Program-made: the position numbers and the translations under genes
The notes under the pieces: model-generated
Told to the model about the DNA's origin: nothing
Databases searched by the model: none
Seen by the model: the letters and a program-made list of their open reading frames with translations, nothing else
Assembly (NCBI RefSeq): GCF_006345805.1
Contig: NC_043008.1
Coordinates: forward strand, 43,710,001 to 43,774,000
DNA from: Octopus sinensis
Taxonomy: Eukaryota
Length of the DNA: 64,000 nt
Direction: 5' to 3'
In this document: piece by piece, positions 41,715-55,935 of the stretch
Layout: every line of letters starts with the position of its first letter
Position numbering within the stretch: position 1 is the stretch's first letter

Positions 41715-42135
41715 CATTGGACTTTTCTAGGAAGTGCAGCCCTCCTTGGACTTTTCCAGGAGGTCCTCCCTCCCCCTCCTTGGGCATAACCAAAAAGTCC
41801 TTCTTTCCCCTCTTTTCGAAGACGTTCTTCCTCCTTCCTGACTTTTCCAGGAAGTCTTTCCTCCACCTCCTTTGACTTTTCCAGAAAGACCTTCATCTCC
41901 TTCTTCCTCCTTGGACTTTTCCAGGAAGTACCCCTTTTCCAGTATGTCCTTCCTTTTCTACCACATCCTTGGACTTTTCTAGAAAGTCCTCTCCTTCCTC
42001 GGCCCTTTCCAGGAAGTATCCCATGCACTTTCCTGGAAAAGTCATTCCTATTCTTGGAGTTTTCCAGGACAACCCCCATCCACGTACCTTTCCTGGAAAA
42101 GTCCTTCCTTCCCTTCCCTCCGATTTTTCAGGATG
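41715..42135. repeat. Degenerate array with a palindromic core GACTTTTCC(A/T)GGAA(A)GTC
   Basis: About 11 recurrences of the core in pyrimidine-rich spacers of 20-90 bp. Confidence 0.85.
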
Positions 42136-42869
42136 TGCCCCATTCGTCGGTATTTTGTTGGAAGTGCCCTACCCAGCACGTCACCTTAGCAGTAATGATG
42201 ATGATAATGACTATTATGGTGATGATGATGAGTGATGCTGATGATGATAATACTGATGCTGATGATGACGATTATGAAGAGTGATGATGATGATGATGAT
42301 AATGATGCTGATGACATTACATATTGAATGCAAACATTGCTTTTGTATGTATGCTGTTTCGTCTAAAATAGAATAAAATAGAAGCGTTTATTTACGAAAA
42401 TTAATAAACGGAAAATCCTCTCCATACACAGAACATTGTCTCTGTAGATCGAAATTCCCGAGCGTGTGCAATAATCTCGTAGACGATTTTCCGCTCTTTT
42501 CTGTTTATAAACAAACCGACGCCATGACAGTTATTCATTGTAAGGCGCCGATATTGAAAAGCAGCGTTTGAAGATCTTTTTAGTATTTTGAAAACTTTTG
42601 ATTATATATTGCCCTAACAAAAGTCACTTGAAATCGTAAATACGATAATGCGGGTTCGAATGTGATGAAATGTAGGCGCCACAGCCTTTATACAATGGAG
42701 TCAAAATAGATGTTATTAACCATTCTGAAACACGTCAATCTCAATTTTCAATAAACAGGGCTTTGAAAATGAGCGAATCAACCTCACACGCACACATACA
42801 TATACACACACACAAATATATATATATATATATATGTATATACATATATATACATATATACACATACAT

Positions 42870-42917
<48 letters not shown>

Positions 42918-42983
42918 ACACATATATATATATACATATACATACATATACATATATACATACACACACACACACACACACAC

Positions 42984-43029
<46 letters not shown>

Positions 43030-43579
43030 CATAAATATTGTATGATATATGTGTGTTTTTATAATATCTATATATATATTATATATACATACACGCACAT
43101 ATGTATTTACATCAATATATTTCATTTTTAACTTTGGAACTCGAAGTAGATAATGCTACATATGCAGTATATAGGTATTGGTGTGAGAACTAACTGGATG
43201 CGAAAAGGAGAAAGTGGTCTTATCTCTTTTCTCCAAAGGTGTTAAACCCGACATTTACACACTATATTTATAGCTTATTTACTTCAAGCTTCACTGTTCA
43301 GAAAAAAAAAATTCACTTCTTTCATAGTTTCTAAATCTTTATGACGCAAACAATATATATAAATACATAGGCACACAGACACATACGCACACACACCCAT
43401 GTATGTATGTATATGTATATATTTATACACGCACCCACGTTCGTGTGCACACACGTTGGTTCTATGACATGTCGGTTCGTTTGATAAATGCATATCACAT
43501 GTTGATTAATAGATGTACATAACCAGCGTATTCCGAAATATATACACACACAACGATAAACGTCACCCTTTTCAAGACT

Positions 43580-43848
43580 AGCTAGGCTCATGGGCTCGGT
43601 TTCCCGGTTTCTCTGGCGTATGTGTTCCCCCCAGCTGGATAGGACGCCAGTCCATCGCAGCCTTACTCAAGAAACAGGAAGAGAGAGTGAGAGAAAGTTG
43701 TGACGAAAGAGTACAACAAGGGTAGCCACCACCCGCTGCCGGAGCCTCGTGGAGCTTTTAGCTGTTTTCGCTCAATAAACACATACAACGCCCAGTCTGG
43801 GAATCGAACCGCGAGTCTGCTGCCCTAACCACTGAACCACTGCGCCTC
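43580..43848 (-). mobile_element. tRNA-derived SINE, family C variant
   Basis: ggacgccagtccatcgcag...gtgagagaaagttgtg...gggaatcgaacc...ccctaaccactgaaccactgcgcctc. Confidence 0.85.
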
Positions 43849-43977
43849 ATATATGCACACATGCACAAACATAAATACAGAACACAAACACACGGACACA
43901 CGCATATACACTAGCAATCCAGTAGATTACATCGCATGTAATTTAATGAGTCGACGAAATCTTGTACACCATACGAT

Positions 43978-44125
43978 GAGCTTCTTTCAGTTTCTGTATA
44001 GCAAATCCACTTACAAGGCTTTGGTCAGCCCGAGGTTAATGTAGAAGATATTCGCCCAACATGCCACACGGTAGAACTGAACCCGGAACCATGTTGTTCG
44101 GAAGCAGGTTTCTTAGCATACAGCA
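43978..44125 (-). mobile_element. CORE-type SINE family B (head and core)
   Basis: cttctttcagtttctgtatagcaaatccac...gaacccggaaccatg. Confidence 0.8.
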
Positions 44126-44906
44126 TCTATATGGGCAATATTGCGTGTAATTAGACCACTTAACTGTATTGTGTGATTGTTTTAACTAAGATTATTTAGA
44201 GCAGAGTTCTTGTTACTATAGACGATATGTCTGTATTATGCTGTAAAGCACAGCATCGAATTGGCGAACCGTTTGTTACTTATACTTGGTAACACTCCAA
44301 TCAAGCAGAGGCAGATACGCCTAAAGCGCTGCATCTATATTTTCCTACACATCAACTCTCACATACGCATGTGTGTGTGTGTGTGTGTGGTGTATTCGGA
44401 ATTGGTGGCCACTGCAGTAAGAGTTAGCATAGAAGACATTTAATTAAGTCGAATAGCAAATCATAGTAAAACGAAAAGAAAGATAAAAAATAGACAAAAA
44501 TAGACAAAAATGCACAACAGAACAGAAAACGCATAAGAAATGAAGATGGTAGGAAGATGTCTTGTCAGGTAGGAAAAAAAAAGAACCCACAAAAAAATAA
44601 TAAAACTAAAAGGTCAAAGAAAATATAAGTAAGAAAAAGAAAAACAAAAAAAAATCAATAAAGTGAGGTAGACGACATTAAAACGTATAAACAAAAACAA
44701 AATATACAAATATAAAAATTTAAATAAAAAGTAGAATAGAAGCAAAGATGAGGAATAAAAGTTCCGAGTATAAGAAACTTTACGCAAAGATCAAATAATA
44801 TATATACAGACATATATATATATATATATATATACATACATACATATACACATATATATACATACATATGCATATATATACATATACATATACATATATA
44901 TATATA

Positions 44907-44939
<33 letters not shown>

Positions 44940-45110
44940 ACATATATATATATACATATATACACATATATATACATACCCACATATGCATATATATATA
45001 TATTACATATATATACATATATACATATATATATAAGTATATATTCTATATATTCATATATACATATGCATATATATATATAATATAGTATATGTATGTA
45101 GTATTATTTG

Positions 45111-45143
<33 letters not shown>

Positions 45144-46242
45144 ATATATAGTTATAAGAAAAGAATTGATATTTGGTAAGGGAAGGAAAAATTGGAACCG
45201 AAGCAAATAGCTGATAGTAAAAACCGTTAAGAACTACTTCCTGACGCAACCAAATTGCTCGAAGAATCCATACTGTTTTTGTAATGGTGTCCCTTAAATT
45301 CTACGAACGATTAAGCTAAGAATTGATTACCATTTTCTTCGACTATAAACTGAAAGAACGACATGTTCACATGTTAAAAAGATGTTATTCTGTTTATCTA
45401 TAGGCATAGCTCTAATTTCGTTCAATTTACTCCCTTTTCCTGACAGGAAATTATAGAAACAGGCACGTTACTTCAGAATTTAAAAGATTTCTTTAATAAT
45501 TATTTTTGGCGCCGATTGCTTTGACGATCTCCAAAATTAGGAAGATGGCTAGAGTGTGAGTTATGCGAACCCAACAACAATGCTCTTCAAATCAGCAACA
45601 ATCAATTCTGTATAATGGTAAAAAAAATAGAGAAAAAGCAAGGAAGAGTGAGAGAGGGAGAGGGAGAGTGAGAGAGAGAGAGAGTCGGCGAATAAGATGT
45701 CAAAGAAATAAATGTACATTAAAAGTTGACAATTCCAATTCAACTTTATTCAAAAGATTCTCTGCATCATGTTTCTTTGTTGTTCGCTTTTAGAGCAACG
45801 TTTTGTTACAAAAGATCAGACGACATTCAGTTTAGTTTTGCTCTCACAAGTAAAAACACAAACAAACAAACAAACATGACATTGTGTGGTTATATGACAA
45901 ATTTTCTTGTAGATTGTTCTAAACAATGACAAATGATGTTAAAATTCTACTTCGATCTTAATCAGACAATGATTGATATTTATTTTTGTTTGTGAATGTT
46001 GACAAAAACACGCCACTCTCTCCTCGAAGAATGAGAGGAAAAAAAAACGAATACAATAAAGGAAGTCGTTGAATATTTCCGAGTAGATACTTTAAAATAT
46101 TCTAGTTAACATTTACGGTGATAACAATACTCCAAAGTGTCTGTCATTTACAAATGCTTAGATTCATATCTAACTTAAGGTTGCATTTATGTTTTATACA
46201 TACATAAATACACACAGACGCGAGTGAGCGCATAACACACGA

Positions 46243-46274
<32 letters not shown>

Positions 46275-46280
46275 AACATA

Positions 46281-47033
46281 AGAGCAGGAAAATTACTTCA
46301 AAGATCATCACAAAAGATATATGTGCACAATAATATTGTATTAATAGATAGATGTATAAATATATAAAGTAGGATTATTTAAAAGTTTAAAATATCTTAC
46401 GATCGTTTCGTGCATGTATTACTCTTAAAAATAGAATCTAAAATTGATAAGCATTATTAGGCAATACATCCACTCGTCAGAGAGAAAGAGGGTAAAATTC
46501 CGTGTAGTCAATCGAATGCTATTTAAAAATATATGAAAAAGATGATTGAAGATGTTGTTTACATTTGTATAAAATATAACGATGGCATCTTCCAGTTTTA
46601 AATATACAAATATAAAAGGCATTAACTTAATTATTTTCATTTTCTGCATTTATGGCTTACACATTGAAAAGAACAGAATTATGGGATTTATATTACATAC
46701 AGCCATTACGGATTACCGCAGAGTATTTTACCACGGATGTATATTCTTCTTCAAAATTTTTATCACAAAATTGTACCAACCCATATCTACGCCAGTAACT
46801 TTTAAATAACATCTTTAAACATCTTTTTCATATATTTTTAATTGCATTCGATTGACTACAATTTTAGATCCCATTTCTAAGTGTAATGGAGTCACGAAAC
46901 GATCGTAAGATATTTCAAACATTTAAACCTTTTAAATAGCCATACTTTATAAATTTATACACATGTCTATTAATACAATATTAGTTTGGACGTATATCTT
47001 CTGTGATAATTTTTGTTGTAATTTTCCTGCTCT
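46281..47033. mobile_element. Long-TIR fold-back (MITE-like) element, about 750 bp
   Basis: agagcaggaaaattac (46281) is inverted at gtaattttcctgctct (ends 47033). Arms include aatatcttacgatcgtttcgtg and tgtagtcaatcgaatgc...aaaaatatatgaaaaagatg. Confidence 0.85.
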
Positions 47034-47035
47034 AA

Positions 47036-48152
47036 GCATTTCGTCCGGCGTGCTAACGATTCTGCCTGCTCACCGCCGACGAGCGGCAAAATATTTACAG
47101 CATTAACGTTATCGGTTCCGGAGAGCATGCCAATCTGTGAATGCCTTCTGTGCACGTAGAGGATTTTCCGTACAAAAGACACTCACCGTCAAATAAGAAT
47201 TGTATTTATATAAGATTTATAGCGAGAGCGCAAATATAGCAACAATTTTCTATACCGTAGCTACTGGTAATTACTTCAATCTGCTTTAGGTACAAGGAAA
47301 ACAATTTGATGGGAAGAAGTTAGCGATAGAATCGGGCGCAATGCTTAACTGATTATCAAGCGTTAAAAGGTGAGAGGTAAAGTTGATCAAGGTGGGTTTT
47401 GAACATAAAACTTAAAGAAGTAGACAAAATACTTCAAGGCATTTTGCACGATGGTCTAACGATTCGGTCAATCTACCGCGCGTAATAATTGCTTCAATTT
47501 TTTACTCAAAGCCAGCAGTTTTGAAGAGAGGGATAATAGATGCAATCGACCCATGACTTAAGTAGTACTTTATCTTATCGACCCTGAAAGGATGAAAGGC
47601 AAAGTTGACCTCAGCGTAATTTGAACCCAGAACATCGTGACGGGCGAAATACCGTTAAGCATTTCGTCCAGCGTGCTAACGATTCTGCCAGCTCGCTGCC
47701 TTAATAATAATCCTTTCTACGATAAGCACAAGGCCTGAAATTTGGAGGAGGAGGATAGACAATTACATCGACCCCAGTGCGTAACTGGTACTTAATTTAT
47801 AGACCCCGAGAGGATGAAAGGCAAAGTCGACCTCGGCAGAATTTGAACTCAGAACATAATGACAGGCTAAGTATTTCGCCCGGCGTGCTAACGATCCTGC
47901 CAGCTCGCCGCCTCAATGTACTTAACAGTGTTAATAATTCTTTCTATTCTAGGCAAAGGGCTTGACATTTTGCGGGAAGGGAATAGTCGATCAAATCGAC
48001 TCCAGTATCTCACTGGTACTTTCTTTTATCGAACCCGAAAGGACGAATGACAAAGTTGACTTCTGCAGGACTGAACTCAGAATATAAAACGTGGGAAGAA
48101 ATATCGGCAAACATTTCGTCTGATGCGCTAAAGCTTCTGCCAGTTTGGCGTA
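47036..48152 (-). mobile_element. Head-to-tail cluster of about five family A SINEs
   Basis: Heads ending near 47075, 47480, 47703, 47912 and 48152, all in the same orientation, separated by short aataataa-type linkers. Confidence 0.88.
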
Positions 48153-48803
48153 CTTTATCTTAATAATAAATGATAAAAAAGATTAAAAATGAATTACAAA
48201 TTAGTATTAAGAAGAACCTGACAATATATACTTAAGAAAATGAATAAATTTCCAATGAAAATTAGAAATATTAAATATATAAAATAATGGAAAAATAACA
48301 GCTGAAAACCAGACAGAATTAACTACCAGAATAACTCTAAAATACATATATATATAAAAAAAAAAGAGTTCTTAGAACACATCCACGTACATTTAAAACT
48401 GAAAAATAAATGAAAATTTGAATAATACAATTTTATCTTCAAAATTATTAACACAAATAAAACGGATATTGCTATTGAAAAACACACAAAGAATTATTGA
48501 TATAGAGAAATACTTGCTAGCTTGTGAAGTATTTTGAATAGTTCTCAGGTTTCGTTTAATATGCTTTTGGCATTATTTCTAAACTAAATTAAACAATTGA
48601 ATGTCGCCGTCGTTCAATACTACAAAATATTTGGGGTAATTTTATTATCATACACTTCGATAAATTGACATTTATACATTTATAAATGTTAACACGATTC
48701 TAATAACAAACAGCATGAAATGAAATCATTGCGAATGAGATTGTTAAATACTAAGTACTTTATATACACTCACATCATTTGCTTCGTATAGTTTTGTTAA
48801 AGA

Positions 48804-48834
<31 letters not shown>

Positions 48835-48948
48835 CTTATATATATATATATGTCATATATATATGTATATTGTATATATATGTATATGTATGTATATATG
48901 TATATATGTATAATAAATATATTATATATATATATATATAATATATAT

Positions 48949-48984
<36 letters not shown>

Positions 48985-49343
48985 GGAATGGAAGCACTCC
49001 GTCGGTTACGACGACGAGGGTTCCGGTTGATCCGAATCAACGGAACAGCCTGCTCGTGAAATTAACGTGTAAGTGGCTGAGCACCACAGACACGTGTACC
49101 CTTATCGTAGTTCTCGGGGATATTCAGTGTGACACAAGAGGACAAGGCCGGCCCTTTGAAATACAGGTACAACAGAAATAGGAAGTAAGAGTGAGAGAAA
49201 GTTGTGGTGAAAGAGTACAGCAGGGATCACCACCATCCCCTGCCGGAGCTTTAGGTGTTTTCGCTCAATAAACACTCACAACGCCCGGTCTGGGAATCGA
49301 AACCCGATCCTATGCCCTAAACCACTGAGCCATTGCGCCTCCA
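48985..49343 (-). mobile_element. tRNA-derived SINE, family C
   Basis: gaagcactccgtcggttacgacgacgagggttcc...gggaatcgaaacc...ccctaaaccactgagccattgcgcctccac. Confidence 0.88.
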
Positions 49344-49503
49344 CATATATGTATTATATATATATATAATATATATATAATATATATATATAATATATAT
49401 AGATATGCTATATATATATATTTATGTGAGTGTATTATTTTAATAAGACTGCAACATGTAAGAGCTACTACTACTACTACTCTAACTACTAATACTACTA
49501 CTA

Positions 49504-49537
<34 letters not shown>

Positions 49538-49623
49538 GCTGCTGCTGATGCTGCTACTATTACTACTTACTACTAATACTACTACTACTACTACAACGCA
49601 TGCATATAAATAAACATCTGTAT

Positions 49624-49659
<36 letters not shown>

Positions 49660-50004
49660 TGTATACACACATGTAAATGTATGTTTATACACATGCATTC
49701 TTCTTAAAACGTGTGATATAACAGGATCTAAGAGACTATCGCCCGATATGCCTCTTGTTTACCTCTATAAATACCATGACTACATGGACTGTCGTAACAT
49801 ATCCGCGACAAACAAGTTTCCGTAAGAACTACAGAATTACGAACCTTCTTTTTGTCTCCCGTTCATTTTTACTTTCGGTATACGTCACGTCCGTTTATAC
49901 ATTTTCTCATTTATCAAGCAACGGAACGCAACTCATCCCTTTCCTTTTCTTCTCTGTTGCTTCTTCTCCCCTGACCTCTTTCTCCTCTGTCTGCTGCTGT
50001 CGCA

Positions 50005-50698
50005 TGTCCAGCAGCCAGTTGCTCCCCTTCTTCCTTTCTTACGCTGGTCCCATAGCTGACCGTCTCACTTTCCGTTCTCCATCCTTCAAGACATTTTCTA
50101 AGCATTACAGTACAGACTATGCTCTATGGCCCCAAGGCCGTATTTCGTTCGACTGTTCTTCCTCGTCCAAAACCCCTGTGTCGTTTTGCTTTTCGTTTTG
50201 TTTGCTCTTGTTCTTAATTCTCCGCAAGAAAACTTTTGTTTTTGCAAGCACCGCCAATTAGGAAGCACTCAGTGAAAGGTGCGAAACTGAATATTAACAA
50301 TTGGTCGATAACCGATGAAGAATTACGGATCTTGTTTGTCTCACGCTCGCTTTTACATTCGGTATACGTTACGTCATTTGTTTTGGATTTTTCCTTGTGT
50401 AGCTTGTCCTGTACTTATTTTCTTGTTATAAAACATTTTTGGATTTTTCCTTGTGCAGCCTGTCCTGTACTTGTAAAATCTTTTTGTTTTTCCCGTTTCT
50501 ACGTCTTGTTGTGGCGTCCTGTAATTACGTATATTTATTTATATGTGCATGTATATATACATGTAGATGTACGTACGTACATATATGTTTGTATGTATGC
50601 ATATATTTTTATTTATCACATTATTGTCTGACAGCGCCTCGCGTCAGGTTCGTTTCGATTTATCGGTTCGTTCCACTTCTTGTCTCCATTAAATTTTA

Positions 50699-50749
<51 letters not shown>

Positions 50750-51102
50750 CCAGCGGCCCGTTGCTCCCCTTCTTCCTTTCTTACACTGGTCCCATAGCTG
50801 ACCGTCTCACTTTCCGTTCTCCATCCTTCAAGACATTTTCTAAGCATTACAGTACAGACTATTCTCTTTGGTCCCAAGGCCGTATTTCGTTCGACTGTTC
50901 TTCCTGGTCCAAAACCACTCTCTGTGTCGTTTTGCTTTTTGTTTTGTTTGCTCTTGTCCTTAATTCTCCGCAAGAAAACTTTTGTTTTTGCAGGCACCGC
51001 CAATTAGGAAGCACTCAGTGAAAGGTGCGAAACTGAATATTAACAATTGGTCGATAACCGATGAAGAATTACGGATCTTGTTTGCCTCACCGCTCGCTTT
51101 TA
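50005..51102. repeat. Diverged direct duplication of about 350 bp (50005-50355 and 50747-51102) within an unclassified element
   Basis: tgtccagc.gcc.gttgctccccttcttcc through gaattacggatcttgtttg.ctcac is shared, with scattered substitutions. Confidence 0.9.
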
Positions 51103-51121
51103 TGTATATGTATGTATGTAT

Positions 51122-51171
<50 letters not shown>

Positions 51172-52671
51172 ATACATACATACATATACACACACACAAA
51201 ACAACACACACCAACCACACACACAAACACATACACACAACACACACACACCACACATATATATATATACTTGTGTTTTCGTTCGTGAGGACAAGTTCTA
51301 CATGTACAGAATTAAACTAACTACAAAATACTATTTGAAGAAGAGTATATGCATATTATATTCATTATTGGCGATCCTGTAAACCAGTCACTGTATACAT
51401 ACATACATACATACCTACATACATACATACATACATACATACCTACATACATACCTACATACATACATACATGCATGCATACATACATACATACATACAT
51501 AGTGTATATATATCTCCTCTATTTGGCATATAATAATTCCGCTTATAGTTTACTTACATAATATCATTTATCAATGTTGATATCTCTCTGGCAACACATC
51601 GTAATTCCCAAAGTAACCAAGAATGTAATTCTCTCAGAAATTCTATTACGCAACTTTAACGGTCTCTGTAGAATGTTAAACCGTATACTTCTGTTTTTAG
51701 GTGCACGTGCATAAAAAATGATTTGGAGTGTAAACTTAATTTATATTGGCCGCAGGCAACAAACTGTTATTCTCTGCATGCAACAAGGTTTGTCCGTTTG
51801 AAGAACGCTTATCGAATAACATATGAAAGCATAGATTCATAATATAATACTTGTCCGCGAGGGATTGATAGCTCGGAGATATTTCCAAGTTTTAGGTTAT
51901 TTATTTCCCTATCCAATAATATGTCGATACTAACGATATGGAAAAATGCATGAAATAGAAGAAAACTATAAAAATAAAAGCATCGACACGGACAAGTTCT
52001 CTGTTTAGGAAATAAGGCAAGCAATATCTACTGTGAAATTTATACGTATCAGAAGGTCGAGCGGTCATAAAAAAGATTATTTAATTTCTATTGACTCAGG
52101 CCAACTGATATATAATTTTCGTTAGAGGGGTTGTTCGCTAGGGAAAAACATTTCCCCCCGAAAATCCCTTCGTTGCCTTTGATCCCATAATCTCCTTCTT
52201 TTTTCTTTTATCTCTGTTATAATTAAGATGTAATTTCGTGGAAGGATATAAAGCATTGGATTTCTAAACTGGAGTTTTATGAAGGTCAATTTTTAGATCG
52301 GCTGTTGTTGCGTAGAGAAGAGCAAACGATATTGTATGTCGTCGTTGATCAGGGAATAGACAAAGATCTTTTGATGCCTATAAAACAACACGAGTGACAG
52401 CTATAGATTTTACGTAACACTACGTGTGTGTTGTGTGTTATGTGTGTGTGTGTGTGTGTTTCTGTATGTGATGTGATGTAACCAGAAATATCAACAAATA
52501 ACAGTTTAAATAACATAAGTGATTTTGAGCTGTCATTAGTTTTTTGATGTTATGACGCCATAAATCTACATTCGTATGAATCACGGAGAAAATGAAATGG
52601 GGACTCGACAGAAATGTAAATATTTTGGTATTTCTTATTTCATACAATAAAAATCTATTATATTGAAGTCA

Positions 52672-52990
52672 GTGACCGAAAGAGTACAATTGCGAAGACA
52701 AGTGGCGGAATTGAGGTTCCTTGGAAGGATCTCTGGAGAAACGTCACTTGGTATGATGCGCAGATGGAATCAGGGAGTCTTTGTAAGTCGAAACGAAACA
52801 TTTCCGTATTAAAAAGTCACAGCTCCGGTACCACAGACATGTGGTTAGAACGAGGAAAGAATCTCAAGACAAATTCCTCAATCCTGGAAGGGGTATGTTG
52901 GTGTCTTCAAAATATAGCTGGACCTCTTCCTGTCAGGTGTCCCAGATGAACCAACTTCGCGACAGGAGGTGCAGATGAAGGCAGCTGCAT
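52672..52990 (+). mobile_element. RTE-clade LINE 3' end, degenerate
   Basis: VTERVQLRRQVAELRFLGRISG, frameshift, IRESL*VE...IKKSQLRYHRHVVR: C-terminal region typical of RTE RT proteins. Confidence 0.8.
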
Positions 52991-54089
52991 CAAACTCTCT
53001 CATGCACCAAATGTCAATTGCTAAAAAGCATTCGGGAAGCAAAATAATGTAGCAACACCAAATAGCGGTGCCGAGCTAACATCAGGAGACCTAGGAGTAA
53101 ACCAAGAACATGATAGTTGGATGATGTCCATAGTCATCAGCCGCTCTCGCTTAAGAATCCATCTGGAAAGTGTAATAATGGTTGACTCTGATAAACACCG
53201 TGGAAGTGTTGTGGAGTCTAAGCCTCCCTGGAATAGTGGGATGGATGGATATTGAAGGTACTGGGTAGGATGAATGCTTGTACAAAGATAGGCGGCGTGA
53301 TATATCGGCGCGAAATTTCAAGGGTGCGATGAAGAATATAGGGACAATTTTATTGAGAAATTCGTAGGTGAGATAAACATAAAGCAAGATTAATTTGTGA
53401 AATACGGTCGGGAGGAATTTATGGGACAGGATGACTAAGATTGTTATGGATTGGTTAAAGATTTACATTTATACTTTAAGACTTACCTTTACACACCACT
53501 ATCACCACCGCCGACGCTTCCACCAGCACTATCACCTCCACCATCACCACTACCACCACCACCACCGCTATCCCCGCCGCCACCACTACCACTAACATAT
53601 CAATTTATTCATCATTTTGTGAAGACAAGTATTAAACTAATTGCGCCGCACGGTAGGTATGTGGCCATGGTAGATTGGAATAGTTTTTCCTTTGCTCTTC
53701 TTCCTATTATAAAGTTGGCGAGATGTGATTAATCTCAGCAAAAGAAAGGAGAAAAGACAACGGTAAAATTATCCCGCCTCCATCTTATTATAACGAATGG
53801 CAGATACGTGATATATCGAAATACTTCACTTACACGCAGGTATTCATTGACAAACACACACACACACAACACACACACACACACACAGACACACACACAT
53901 ACACACACATACACGCACATATACGAGCAGACGCACATTCACATAAGCTTATACAGATAGACACACACGCACAGAAACACACACAACCAGTTTCGGTCAT
54001 ATACAGACACACAGACCAACACGGCTACATACATACACACTCATTATTTTGTATACGCTGTGTGTGTATACGCTGTGTATACGGTGTGC

Positions 54090-54130
<41 letters not shown>

Positions 54131-54572
54131 TGCGTGCGCGTGTGTGCGTACGTGCGTATATACATGCACGCACACATACATATATATGTGTTTCTGTGTG
54201 TATATATATATAGATAGATAGATAGATAGATGGATATTAATACATACCTACGTATATACATATGTGTAAGCACAACAGGCTAGATATAGTTTTGGGGTAT
54301 CTCGATAGGGTTCAGTTGACCGCCACCTCAACCACAACGTGGATGTGAATGTCTCTTCAAAAACTGTGGGGAAGGAGAATATCTCTGGGGAACTGATAGT
54401 AAACCCTGAACCAGTTGCTGAGTGTCTCACACGTAAGGGTTCGATGCTAGATGTGTCGAAACAGTTGTCGTGATTAATAATAAATTCTCGTATATTCCAT
54501 CTTCCGTCTTTCATTTGCCATATATGTATATATAGTATATATATATATAGTATAATGTATGTAATATATATG

Positions 54573-54645
<73 letters not shown>

Positions 54646-54698
54646 GATATAAATATATATATATATATATTAATATATATATATATATATATATATAT

Positions 54699-55750
54699 AC
54701 TAGCATTAAAGACCCGTCGTTGCCGGATCATAGTGCTAGTGCATATATATATATGTGTATATATATGTGTACATATAACATGTACATCTATATATATACA
54801 TCTACACATAAAATACAAAATACAAAGTTATATCTTGATATCGCTAGTGATAACAATACTCAAAATATATAACAGACTGGAATTGTTAGCCCGTCTCTTG
54901 TAATTTCGATCAATTGTATCTTGTCCTCCCTCTTGTATAGAAGTGTGGCTACAATCCAGCCTGCCTCTACTTCTGGAAGGACATTTAAAATTTTTATCCT
55001 GGACGTCCTACGTCCCAGATATAAAGCTCAAAATAAATTATTTCCACTTTGCAAGTTCGAGTCGAGTACTCCCTTGCACGCTCCGTTGACTCGAAACTTG
55101 CTTCTATTGTGGCAAATTTACCGCCTCTGATTAGATAACTTTCATAGTCGCACCAAGACACTTTTCGAAGGTGCTTTCCTCCATGTGTTCAAATCTTCAT
55201 TTTTCTCTACATTGTATACTTTATAGACAATAGTCTTTTCTTTAATTTAATTTCTTATTATCCATCTAGACTATTCCATTCCTGCACGCTAATTTTATTT
55301 TTAATTATTCCCATTCATGTGAACCACTTATTCAAGTTCAAGTAATTGATGCAATTTTTTTTGCTATTTTTACTTTTTTTATTTACTTTTTTTACGATTT
55401 ATTAAAATATAGTTTAGTTTGATGTTAATTATTACTTACTACATATAATTCAATTGTTATTATTATTTTTATTGTTAAAGTGAAAGTATCTGACATAAAA
55501 TAGAGAAATGTTTTTGTTTCACTTTTAACACGTAATACTGAAATAGTGGAGAAGATATGATATTGCTATGGGCTCACTCTAGGCAAGTAGTTGAGCATTT
55601 TTTTGCCCATGAAACTACATGGACCCTAAGTAAGGCATGTGTAAAATTTGAATGAAACTGGTTGTGTAGTTCTCAAGTTTTAGGGAAACACACAGATAGA
55701 CAGACAGACAGATAGACACATTCTCAGTTCATTTTTATATATATAAAGAT
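54699..55750 (+). mobile_element. Possible Helitron-like non-autonomous element enclosing unrelated sequence
   Basis: 5' actagcattaaagacccgtcgttgccgg; 3' aaatttgaatgaaactgg...cacacagatagacagacagacag...ttctcagttcatttttatatatataaagat. Termini recalled from Helitron-type repeats. Confidence 0.4.
54880..55200 (-). mobile_element. Possible LINE ORF1 (L1/Tx1-like) relic
   Basis: Frameshifted YLIRGGKFATIEASFESTERAREYST...LYLGRRTSRIKILNVLPEVEAGWIVATLL. Weak recall only. Confidence 0.3.
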
Positions 55751-55865
55751 ATACATACATATATACATACATATATATATATATATACACATATATATAT
55801 GTATGTATTTATGTATATATATATGTATGTATTTATATATTTATGTATGTATTATATTATATATA

Positions 55866-55935
<70 letters not shown>

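Noticed and set aside
41591-42079. 162-aa basic ORF on the minus strand
   Set aside because: Product of the purine-rich strand of the degenerate GGAAAAGTCC repeat.
53000-53450. Coding-like relic next to the RTE fragment
   Set aside because: Could not be assigned to any TE or host family from translation by eye.
54420-54475. Hairpin followed by GAAAC-AGUU-GUC
   Set aside because: No CUGANGA upstream in the right position and no stem I.
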